This document shows positions 38,871 to 47,532 of a stretch of DNA of 63,717 nucleotides, piece by piece. Made by a program: the position numbers and the translations under genes. Origin of the DNA: Candidatus Thorarchaeota archaeon (GTDB lineage: Archaea > Asgardarchaeota > Thorarchaeia > Thorarchaeales > Thorarchaeaceae); assembly GCA_048884965.1 (NCBI GenBank), contig JBHLQH010000020.1:1-63717 (forward strand). Direction: 5' to 3'. The notes under the pieces were generated by a model, which did not search any database, was not told where the DNA came from, and saw only the letters and a program-made list of their open reading frames with translations. How positions within the stretch are numbered: the first letter of the stretch is position 1; the number at the start of each line of letters is the position of its first letter.

Positions 38871-40060
38871 CCGAGCATGACAAAGAGAAACGCTCTTCCT
38901 TGGATGACCTGTTTGGTGACTTCGCTGAGCTCGTATTAGAGAACGTTACCATTGAGCTCGATGAGCTACGATTGAATCTTCGACCTATGATTGCGCAGGC
39001 AGCAGCGCAGGTCGCAAAACCTGCTCTCTCCCTGCCCAAGTCCTTGATTCCAGCCCAGTTCGCACCACCTCTGGGCGAGTACACATCTACAATCCATGAG
39101 ATAACGATTGGAGCTACAAAAGGAGATGGAGGCACAAGAAGTAAATCTGTTACAATTGGAGGCCATAAGGCTCCCGCTTGGGATCTATTCCAATCAGCTC
39201 CAAAGAATCCTCCTGTTGTTGCCGCAGACGTTTTTGACATGAAAATCTCATTGGCAAAGGCTGTCAAGTCCGCATACAAGGAAGTGTTGGAGGACCCTGC
39301 TGAATGGGCGAAGCTCTGTGTGAACAAGTATGGCGCAGATGTCATTACGCTTCATCTGATCAGCACAGATAGGCAGCTTGGAGACACCTCTCCAAATGAT
39401 GCCGCGAAGACGATCGAAGAGGTCCTGCAAGCAGTTAAGGTGCCTATCCTGATTGGCTCGGCTGGAGATCCTGAGAAGGACGGTCCTGTCCTAGCGAAGG
39501 CTGCAGAGGTCTGTGAAGGTGAGAAGACATTGCTATGCTCAGCTACCGTAGATGTCTACGAACCGATTGCAGAAGCAGCAAAGAAACACGACCAAGTCGT
39601 GCTATCTTGGACATCGCTTGACATCAATCAGCAGAAAGAATTGAATCGTCGACTTGTCGACTGGCTACGACCTGATCAAATAGTCATCGATCCCACGACA
39701 GCTGCACTGGGCTATGGTTTGGAATATGCGTTCACTATGATGCAACGTATGCGACTTGCTGGCTTGTTGGGTGATAGCGAACTACAATATCCAATCAGCT
39801 CAGGCACGACCAATGCTTGGGCAGCTCGAGAAGCATGGTTGAATGATGATGCGCTTGGACCGCGAGAGCTCAGAGGCCCCATATGGGAGAGCGTAACTGC
39901 CTTAGCACTTCTCTTGGCTGGGAATGACCTCTTCATGATGATGCATCCTGCAGCTATCAAGACGGTACATGATTTGGTCGATTGGTTGAAAGAACGACAA
40001 TCTGTTAAGAGGGATGATTATCCTGATTGGACCTCAATGTCCATACCGGAGGGAGTCTAA
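38867..40060 (+). CDS. cdhD: Corrinoid Fe-S protein small subunit (delta)
   Basis: IGAT..DGGTR, DPTTAALGYGLEY, NAWAAREAW, MMMHP. Confidence 0.95.
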   Translation: MTEHDKEKRSSLDDLFGDFAELVLENVTIELDELRLNLRPMIAQAAAQVAKPALSLPKSLIPAQFAPPLGEYTSTIHEITIGATKGDGGTRSKSVTIGGHKAPAWDLFQSAPKNPPVVAADVFDMKISLAKAVKSAYKEVLEDPAEWAKLCVNKYGADVITLHLISTDRQLGDTSPNDAAKTIEEVLQAVKVPILIGSAGDPEKDGPVLAKAAEVCEGEKTLLCSATVDVYEPIAEAAKKHDQVVLSWTSLDINQQKELNRRLVDWLRPDQIVIDPTTAALGYGLEYAFTMMQRMRLAGLLGDSELQYPISSGTTNAWAAREAWLNDDALGPRELRGPIWESVTALALLLAGNDLFMMMHPAAIKTVHDLVDWLKERQSVKRDDYPDWTSMSIPEGV

Positions 40061-41475
40061 TGGCAAAACTCGCAGGACCATTAGAAATCTACCCACTTCT
40101 GCCTGGTACGAATTGCAAGGAGTGTGGTGAAGCGAACTGTATGGCCTTTGCCACTAAGATGGCAGAGCACACAGTCAAGCTCAAGGATTGCAACCCTCTC
40201 TACGCTGAACAGAAGTATGCCAAGAAGCGAGTCAAGCTAGAGGAACTTATCAGACCTCCAGTGCGAGAAGTAACAATTGGAATTGGCGAGAAGGCTGTAG
40301 AGGTAGGTGGGAAATTAGTCCTCTACCGACACGATCTGAGATATACTAACCCGACAGCGTTCTTTATCGATGTGCCTGACAATCTTGATGCTGATACCTT
40401 TGCCAAACGCGTGAAGGCTATCGAAGAATGGACTTACATCTATATTGGGCAAAATCTCCGTTTGGATGGAATAGCTCTTCGTGGAGTTTCAAAGGACCCC
40501 CAGACATTCGTGAAAGCAGCAAAGACACTTGCTGGCTTGACCGACTGGCCAATCATGCTCTGTTCTCTAGATCCCAAGATGTTAGGGCCAGCAGCTAATG
40601 CGATAGCCGCAGAGCATCCTTTGCTCTATGCAGCCACTATGGATACATGGGCTGAAGTGGGTGAAATCGCTGCGAAGCATAATCTGCCAGTTGTGGCATA
40701 CGCTCCTGGGAATCTCGAGGACCTTACATCACTAGCTAATACCTTGCAGGCAATGGGTATTCAAGACATCATATTGGATCCAGGTACGGTCTCACGCGCT
40801 GCCCTCGGTACGACTATTGATAACTTCACTCAGCTAAGAAGAGCTGCAACGGTGAAAGACAACGACCTCGTTGGTTATCCCCTGATGTCAACTCCTATCT
40901 CAGTATGGGCTGACTATCGCGACGGCGAGAACCCCGCCTTAACTCAATGGGATGAGGTTCTAGTATCAGCGGCAACCATAGTCAGATACTCTGACATAGT
41001 GGTTATGCACAGTCTGGACATGTGGACGAATCTCCCCTTGACATTCTTGCGAAGCAACATCTACACTGACCCAGTGAAGCCTGTTGCTGTAGAGCCTGGA
41101 TTAATGAAGTTTGGAGATGCTGGACCTGACTCTCCTGCCATGTACACGACCAACTTTGCGCTAACCTATTTCACTGTAGAGAGCGATATCAAGCAAGGCA
41201 ATGTCGATGCTTGGCTGCTCGTTGTTGATACAGAGGGAATGAGCGTTCAGTCAGCTGTAGCTGGCAGGAAGCTTACCGCAGAGAAGGTTGCAGAAGCCAT
41301 TCAGGAGTATGGGCTTGAGGAGAAGGTGAATCATCGAATTCTCATCAGTCCCGGCATGGCAGCTCGTATCAGTGGGGAAACTGAGGAAGCCACAGGCTGG
41401 ACCATAAAGGTCGGCACTCAGGATTCAAGTGGCATTCCCAAGTATCTCCAAGAAGGTAAGTGGAGAGAGGAGTAG
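40060..41475 (+). CDS. cdhE: Corrinoid Fe-S protein large subunit (gamma)
   Basis: LPGTNCKECGEANCMAFA, VLYRHD, IYTDP, TNFALTYFTVESD; ATG overlaps the cdhD stop (TAATG). Confidence 0.96.
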   Translation: MAKLAGPLEIYPLLPGTNCKECGEANCMAFATKMAEHTVKLKDCNPLYAEQKYAKKRVKLEELIRPPVREVTIGIGEKAVEVGGKLVLYRHDLRYTNPTAFFIDVPDNLDADTFAKRVKAIEEWTYIYIGQNLRLDGIALRGVSKDPQTFVKAAKTLAGLTDWPIMLCSLDPKMLGPAANAIAAEHPLLYAATMDTWAEVGEIAAKHNLPVVAYAPGNLEDLTSLANTLQAMGIQDIILDPGTVSRAALGTTIDNFTQLRRAATVKDNDLVGYPLMSTPISVWADYRDGENPALTQWDEVLVSAATIVRYSDIVVMHSLDMWTNLPLTFLRSNIYTDPVKPVAVEPGLMKFGDAGPDSPAMYTTNFALTYFTVESDIKQGNVDAWLLVVDTEGMSVQSAVAGRKLTAEKVAEAIQEYGLEEKVNHRILISPGMAARISGETEEATGWTIKVGTQDSSGIPKYLQEGKWREE

Positions 41476-41494
41476 TTCTCAATTCGCAATGAAG

Positions 41495-41537
41495 AGTTCT
41501 TGGGATGGATATCTCAAGAACTTGTCACTATTTTTTC
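41495..41537 (+). terminator. cdh operon terminator
   Basis: AGTTCTTGGGAT-ggat-ATCTCAAGAACT stem (one G-U) followed by tgtcactatttttt. Confidence 0.7.
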
Positions 41538-41539
41538 AG

Positions 41540-42004
41540 TTACACAATCCATGTTCTATGATCCCGTGTCTTCTTTCTACTACCTGATGGCATTGATTTC
41601 ATGATACCTGCTTCCTCTGCTGCCCAATTGATGAATTCCAATGCAGAAATCACGAACACAAATAGTGCCAAGGGGTAGATCACATCCCCTAGGAACGTTA
41701 CACCTTGACCTGTTCTAAAGTAGGTGAGCGCAGTATTGAACGAAATAATCATTGCAATTATGGATATTGTAGGAAGGATGTTCCAAAACCTACGCTCGTT
41801 CGAGACGCACAGGATGAGAAGAAGAAAATCCATGATGGCCAATACCGATGGAACAAGGAAATTCAGTATATTGTATGGCATCCCTTCGTTGAAGAAGTCC
41901 TGCAGATATGCTAGAGTGACAAGAGTGTACACTACTATTCTTGCAATATTGACACTGACAGCGAATGAAACATTTCGCTCCTTTTGCTCGTATTCGTGAT
42001 ACAC
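41540..42004 (-). CDS. Four-TM membrane protein
   Basis: Hydrophobic helices, basic C-terminal tail, GGAGAGG RBS upstream. Confidence 0.7.
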   Translation of the reverse strand: MYHEYEQKERNVSFAVSVNIARIVVYTLVTLAYLQDFFNEGMPYNILNFLVPSVLAIMDFLLLILCVSNERRFWNILPTISIIAMIISFNTALTYFRTGQGVTFLGDVIYPLALFVFVISALEFINWAAEEAGIMKSMPSGSRKKTRDHRTWIV

Positions 42005-42134
42005 CTCTCCACACCAAGGTAAGTATGGTAATCTCGCAGATATAAACTATCATTTCACAAAACTATCGACATATCGATGAGTCTAAATGTCTTAAATCGA
42101 GAGAACCCTAATATCGAATTAACAATAAAAAAGA

Positions 42135-42950
42135 GTGAGTCCAATGCGTGAACGTCTAGTCCTTTCAGTATCCGGCAAGGGCGGTGTAGGTAAGACCACG
42201 ACATCCGCGCTTCTATCAAGAGTCATCGCCGAGAAGACAAAGCGGTCCCTTCTACTGGTAGATGCGGATCCTGTGATGAACTTACCACGAGCACTTGGAG
42301 TAGAGGTTCCTGCATCTGTGGGAGAGATTGCCACAAGAATGCGGAAGAACATTGACGAAGGAATACTGCCTGCTTCGGCAGCCAAACAAGACATACTTGA
42401 AGGTGAGATTTTCGAGTCATTGATCGAAGGTGATAGGTACGACTTTCTGGCAATGGGCCGCACAGAGGGAGAAGGATGCTACTGCTATGTCAATAGATTG
42501 CTCACTCAGATACTTGACCGATTGACTATGAACTATGAGATCACTCTGCTTGACATGAGTGCTGGTCTTGAGCATTTCAGCAGGCGCACAAACAGGAATG
42601 TCGATGTGCTGATCATCGTCATCGATTCCTCACGTGCTGCCTTTGAAGCTGCTCTGCGCATTCGTGATTTGGCAAAGGAGGTCCACATCGATTTCAAGAA
42701 GCTCGTCGTTATTGGAAACAGGATTCCTGACTCTCTTGTGGATGCTGTATCTAAAGGACTTGAGGAGAATGGACTCTCACTTATGGGTATGATACCAAAT
42801 GATGATGAGGTCGCGAAGTTGAATTACCTCGGAAGGCCAGTCTTCGAGCTTTCCAGTAGTTCGCCTGCATTGCAAGCTGTCGAATCCATCGCAGAGAAAC
42901 TTGGACTACTTAGCGAGGTCACACTCCTCAAGCTCTTGGGGCAATCATAG
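42135..42950 (+). CDS. cooC: Second CooC/AcsF-type nickel-insertion ATPase
   Basis: GKGGVGKTT, DADP, EGEGCYCYVN, AGLEHFSR. Confidence 0.9.
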   Translation: MSPMRERLVLSVSGKGGVGKTTTSALLSRVIAEKTKRSLLLVDADPVMNLPRALGVEVPASVGEIATRMRKNIDEGILPASAAKQDILEGEIFESLIEGDRYDFLAMGRTEGEGCYCYVNRLLTQILDRLTMNYEITLLDMSAGLEHFSRRTNRNVDVLIIVIDSSRAAFEAALRIRDLAKEVHIDFKKLVVIGNRIPDSLVDAVSKGLEENGLSLMGMIPNDDEVAKLNYLGRPVFELSSSSPALQAVESIAEKLGLLSEVTLLKLLGQS

Positions 42951-43109
42951 CTACATTCTGTCATTCATTGTTTCCAAATGTGACTGAAAGGAATCATCTC
43001 CTTTCCAAATATGAGCAAAAACGTAAACAAACTATTCCCCAAATGTCGCATTACGAAACGTCTTTATGCTCATTTAGCAAAGACAATCTTTGACTAGAGG
43101 TAGCAACGA

Positions 43110-44996
43110 ATGGTTACTTCACTTTGGACTGACAAATACAAAGGCAAGATTGTCACTGCTACCGAAGCCATCAGGAAGATCAGAAGAGGGACTCGCATCC
43201 TACTTGGCACGGGCTGTGGGGTTCCATACCATCTGTTTCAGGAGCTCGCAAAGAATGCCCATCGGATGGCTGACAATGAGATAGTTCACATGCTAACACT
43301 TGGAAACACTCCTTCCGCAGATCCAAAGTTCCAGAACCAGTTCAGGCACAACACCTTCTTCGTTTCGGACAATATCCGGGATGCCGTATCCGAAGGTCGA
43401 GCAGATTACACTCCTGCTCCATTATCTGACATACCCTTCTTCTTCAAATCACGAAGGATTCCTCTGGATGTTGCATTGATACAAGTCAGTCCCCCGGACG
43501 ATTTTGGCTATTGCTCACTTGGGATATCTGTTGACATCACTAAGACCGGCGCACTCTCTGCTGATCTGGTCATCGCACAAGTCAATGAGAAGATGCCTGT
43601 CACACATGGGGATTCGTATCTTCACCTTCGTGAGATCGACTATCTGGTACCCTATACCGAGCCCCTTCTTGAGTTCGAGTCTCCCGCAGTGAGTGAGCGA
43701 ACACGACTTATTGGTGAATACTCTGCCAAGTTAATCGAAAATGAATCTACCATTGAGATGGGAATCGGCACTATTGCAAACGCTGTCACTGAGAACCTGT
43801 TGAAGTACGGTGTTCGGGACCTTGGAGTTCACACAGAGATGTTCAGCGACTGTATCATCGAGCTGATAGAAACAGGTGTAGTGACGAACAAGAAGAAGAG
43901 CATCAACAAGGATAAAGTGATTGCCAGTTTTGCAATGGGTTCTCACGATCTATATGATTATGTGAACAATAATCCCACTTTCGAGTTCAGAGAGACCTCC
44001 TACGTAAATGATCCGTCTATCATTAGTCAGAATCATAAAATGGTGGCCTTCAATGGTGCATTGGAAGTCGACCTCACCGGTCAAGTATGCTCTGACTCAA
44101 TCGGTCATCAGTTCTACAGCGGGATTGGCGGTCAGGTAGACTTCATTCGAGGTGCCGCTAGATCTGAAGGTGGAAAAGCTATCATTTGTCTGAAATCAAC
44201 TGCATTAGATGGTGCGGTTTCTAGGATCGTGCCGCGGCTAAGTGAAGGCGCTGGTGTAGTGACCACTCGTGGAGATGTCGATGTCATTGTCACAGAATAT
44301 GGATATGCGACCCTACGAGGCAGGACGATTCGAGAACGAGTACTATCACTCATTGCGATAGCCCATCCCAAGTTCAGAGACCAGCTTCTTGAGGATGCCA
44401 AGAATATGCGTTATGTATTCGAGGACCAAGTTCCGTTCTTGGCACGTGGTACGTACTTTCCGATCGAGTATGAGGCACAGAGGGAATTCGATGGTCCCGA
44501 AGGATCAATCAATGTGGAGGTCCGACTCATCCGTCCTGATGATGCTGGTAAGATAAAGAGCCTCTTTTATGGACTGAGTGAGGAGTCCATATTCTTCAGA
44601 TTCCTGACTCCATTGAAGAGCCTCAGAAGGCAGACACTACATGAGTTCTACTATGTCGATCAAGAAGCAGATATCTCACTTGTTGCAGTGATAGATGAGA
44701 ATGGAAATAGTGATTGCGAGAAGATCATTGCTGCTGGAAGGTATCTATTGAATCGCAATACGAACCAAGCCGAGTTTGCCCTCTTGGTGCAAGATGAGTT
44801 TCAAAACAAAGGGATTGGGACCTTTCTTCTGAATCAAATGATGCGTATTGCGAAAAGCAAAGGTGTTGATGCTTTCATTGCCTATGTCCACCCAAAGAAC
44901 GTTCCAATGATTGATTTCATTCACAAGACTCGCAAAGTGATAGAGAGCAGGCTCAGCATTGAGGATGACCAATATACATTCATACTTCGTCTTTAG
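43110..44996 (+). CDS. Acetyl-CoA hydrolase/transferase fused to C-terminal GNAT domain
   Basis: GVHTEMF, EVDLTGQV, SGIGGQVDF.RGA, VTEYG; C-terminal AEFALLVQDEFQNKGIG...N.PM. Confidence 0.92.
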   Translation: MVTSLWTDKYKGKIVTATEAIRKIRRGTRILLGTGCGVPYHLFQELAKNAHRMADNEIVHMLTLGNTPSADPKFQNQFRHNTFFVSDNIRDAVSEGRADYTPAPLSDIPFFFKSRRIPLDVALIQVSPPDDFGYCSLGISVDITKTGALSADLVIAQVNEKMPVTHGDSYLHLREIDYLVPYTEPLLEFESPAVSERTRLIGEYSAKLIENESTIEMGIGTIANAVTENLLKYGVRDLGVHTEMFSDCIIELIETGVVTNKKKSINKDKVIASFAMGSHDLYDYVNNNPTFEFRETSYVNDPSIISQNHKMVAFNGALEVDLTGQVCSDSIGHQFYSGIGGQVDFIRGAARSEGGKAIICLKSTALDGAVSRIVPRLSEGAGVVTTRGDVDVIVTEYGYATLRGRTIRERVLSLIAIAHPKFRDQLLEDAKNMRYVFEDQVPFLARGTYFPIEYEAQREFDGPEGSINVEVRLIRPDDAGKIKSLFYGLSEESIFFRFLTPLKSLRRQTLHEFYYVDQEADISLVAVIDENGNSDCEKIIAAGRYLLNRNTNQAEFALLVQDEFQNKGIGTFLLNQMMRIAKSKGVDAFIAYVHPKNVPMIDFIHKTRKVIESRLSIEDDQYTFILRL

Positions 44997-45072
44997 CATC
45001 TCTTGAAAGCATTACTCAAATTACCAATCTAAAACCACATTCCTTTTCATGAGCAATTGACTATGTAGGAAT

Positions 45073-45363
45073 GTGGTTATTATGAGGATCATCATCACTG
45101 AAGGAACCCAATTTGATGCATCATATCAAGAACTTTCCAGACAGGAGATAGATGTAAGTTCTGATATGTCAATAGGCGACTTACTCGAGATTGCCAAGAC
45201 GCTACCATTTCAGATGCTCAACGCTCCCTACTCAAAGAACATCATTAACCATCTATACCTCATGCATCCAGAGTCAAGAGACCGGCTAGAGGAGTCAAAA
45301 ACCATTAAGGAGTATGGATTTGAAGATGGCTCAATAGTACGGCTGATGAGTGGAGTTCGGTAG
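45073..45363 (+). CDS. Ubiquitin-like (beta-grasp) protein lacking C-terminal di-Gly
   Basis: IDVSSDMSIGDL and LEESKTIKEYGFEDGSIVRL align by eye with ubiquitin LEVEPSDTIENV and [20 protein letters not shown]. Confidence 0.65.
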   Translation: MVIMRIIITEGTQFDASYQELSRQEIDVSSDMSIGDLLEIAKTLPFQMLNAPYSKNIINHLYLMHPESRDRLEESKTIKEYGFEDGSIVRLMSGVR

Positions 45364-45380
45364 ACCACTTCTCTAATGAT

Positions 45381-46124
45381 GTGATTGAGATGAATGATGA
45401 AACTTCGATCAACACTCGTCTTGTCGAGGGACAGAAGAAGATTCTACCCTTGATAAATCGAAGTCATCGTCTTCTCACTCTTTTCATCTACTATAGCGTA
45501 TCTATTCTCTATCTCTGGATGGGATGGGTGGTCTTCTTCATCCTCTGGATGGAGCTACCTCCAACACTTGGGCTCGTCGCAGCGATCGTGATTGCTATTC
45601 CTCTTCTTGTAACCCCTCTCATGTACAAGCAGATGAAGCAAAGGTATGGGTATATCCTAGATGCGAAGAACTTGCTCGATACAATCCAAGAATCGATTGA
45701 CTCTGAACAGGTCGCATCAGGTATACTCAGCTACATCTCGCTGCTATTGAATATCATCAATCCAGATGAGTCCAAAGAAGAAACGGTTCCGTCACAAGTC
45801 CGATTACGAGACCTCAGAATTCGGTCGATTTCCCAGCTCATATTCCAGATGTTCATGATGTACCTCATCTTCCAGAACTTCTTCATACCCGAAATCATTC
45901 TTCTCATCGAGGCAGGAGGCATCATAGCTGTTCTTCTCAATCCTGTGATGGTACTACTGAGTGCAATCCTAGCAATCACTCTTACTGGACTTCTGGTCCT
46001 CATCCTGTTGGAGATAACTGTTCGACGCTGGTTGAAAATCTATCAAGGATTCATAGAGTGGGGTGAAGAGCTTGAACGTATGGTCTTCTCAAAGGATTAC
46101 GAAGCAGGAGGTTCAGAACCCTGA
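45381..46124 (+). CDS. Membrane protein
   Basis: Two pairs of TM helices separated by a soluble region. Confidence 0.7.
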   Translation: MIEMNDETSINTRLVEGQKKILPLINRSHRLLTLFIYYSVSILYLWMGWVVFFILWMELPPTLGLVAAIVIAIPLLVTPLMYKQMKQRYGYILDAKNLLDTIQESIDSEQVASGILSYISLLLNIINPDESKEETVPSQVRLRDLRIRSISQLIFQMFMMYLIFQNFFIPEIILLIEAGGIIAVLLNPVMVLLSAILAITLTGLLVLILLEITVRRWLKIYQGFIEWGEELERMVFSKDYEAGGSEP

Positions 46125-46159
46125 ACAAACCTGCTCCTCGGCGTCCTGAATCATGGCCC

Positions 46160-46423
46160 ATGACCTCTAGAAGGACCAAGTACGAAAGATGGGCAGAAAT
46201 TCTTGAGTCCTGCATATGGGAGTCTAAGACTCAGAGCTGGTTGATGCGCGAGCTCGGTCTCAAGACCCAGCTGATTAAGGAAGATGTGGCTTTTCTACTG
46301 GAAGCCGAGCTATTAGAACAAGTCGATGAGCCCGAAACAGGCATCTATGTCTTTCTTACTACTGAGAAGGGTAAGGAGGCACTCTCTAGGTTCTATCAAT
46401 TAGTATCGAAATACTTCACATAG
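46160..46423 (+). CDS. Small archaeal winged-helix DNA-binding protein
   Basis: RRTKYE.WAEIL...LMRELGL...LLEAELL...TTEKGKEAL. Confidence 0.8.
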   Translation: MTSRRTKYERWAEILESCIWESKTQSWLMRELGLKTQLIKEDVAFLLEAELLEQVDEPETGIYVFLTTEKGKEALSRFYQLVSKYFT

Positions 46424-46438
46424 AAGGTCTGTAGGTTC

Positions 46439-46672
46439 ATGAACGAAAGTGATGATTGGACGGAAGAGGAGCTTGGACAAAACATATCCTGTGTATTCTG
46501 TGCCGTTGTACCTATTCTCATGTTTGTGTCGTTGTATCTCATAGTCTTCTTCCATCTTTCTTGGTATGAGGGAGTCATTCTATTTCTTTCACCTCTCTTA
46601 TTCGGTCTCCTGGTGCTTTATTTTTACAATCGCAAGGCATTCTGGAGCGTTCTTGATTCTGTCACAAGATAG
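46439..46672 (+). CDS. Small two-TM protein
   Basis: 77-aa ORF with two hydrophobic helices, in an operon-like run. Confidence 0.55.
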   Translation: MNESDDWTEEELGQNISCVFCAVVPILMFVSLYLIVFFHLSWYEGVILFLSPLLFGLLVLYFYNRKAFWSVLDSVTR

Positions 46673-46756
46673 CCCACTTCCTGCAGTGCGGTCTATGGAC
46701 CTTTTTCCCACAGTTCATTATATACTAAATCTCATTCCCTATACCTGTGATTATCT

Positions 46757-47527
46757 ATGACTAAAGATAGTATTTGCATACAATCATCTTCATTGACAAA
46801 GAAGTTCGGTGAACTGAAAGCTGTGGACTCCCTCGACCTCAACGTAGGTATTGGGACACGTTTCGCTCTTCTAGGTCCCAATGGTGCAGGAAAGACCACA
46901 ACTGTCAGGATGCTTTCCGGATTGATGACTCCGTCAAGTGGAAACGCTTCCGTGTGTGGTTTTGACATCTCGAGAGACCGTGATGCTGTGAAAGCAGTCA
47001 CAGGACTTCTTCCTGAATCTCCTGGATTGTACTCGAAGCTCTCAGCTGTTGAATTCCTTGAATTCATAGGCGCATTGAATGGTTTGACCAGGACTCAGCT
47101 AGACCATCGCATAGGTCGACTTCTATCCATCATGGGACTCGAATCGCGACAAGATGACTTGCTAGAGGGATATTCATCTGGAATGAAGCAGAAGGTTCTC
47201 GTCGCTTCTACAGTCCTTCACGAACCGCAACTAGTCTTCCTAGATGAACCAACCTCTCGACTAGATCCTGCAGCTAGTGCTTTGGTTAAGGACCTCATCA
47301 AAGCACTTTCTGACGAAACTAATACTACTTTCTTCATCTGCACTCACATGACCTCATTCGCAGAGGAGCTGTGTGATGTTGTAGGCATCCTGAATGACGG
47401 ACGATTAGTAACTGTTGGCTCACCTCAGAACATAATGACAGATAGCAAAGCGGACAGTCTAGAGAACGCTTACTTGAAGATAGTTGGTGGAAAGATTGAC
47501 CGTGATTCTCTGTTGACATGGAGGTAG
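46757..47527 (+). CDS. ABC transporter ATP-binding protein
   Basis: GPNGAGKT, YSSGMKQK, FLDEP, CTH. Confidence 0.95.
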   Translation: MTKDSICIQSSSLTKKFGELKAVDSLDLNVGIGTRFALLGPNGAGKTTTVRMLSGLMTPSSGNASVCGFDISRDRDAVKAVTGLLPESPGLYSKLSAVEFLEFIGALNGLTRTQLDHRIGRLLSIMGLESRQDDLLEGYSSGMKQKVLVASTVLHEPQLVFLDEPTSRLDPAASALVKDLIKALSDETNTTFFICTHMTSFAEELCDVVGILNDGRLVTVGSPQNIMTDSKADSLENAYLKIVGGKIDRDSLLTWR

Positions 47528-47532
47528 AATCT

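Noticed and set aside
27474-41475. Evidence for methanogenesis
   Set aside because: No mcr or mtr genes in the window; Hdr, Fwd and Cdh also occur in non-methanogenic archaea.
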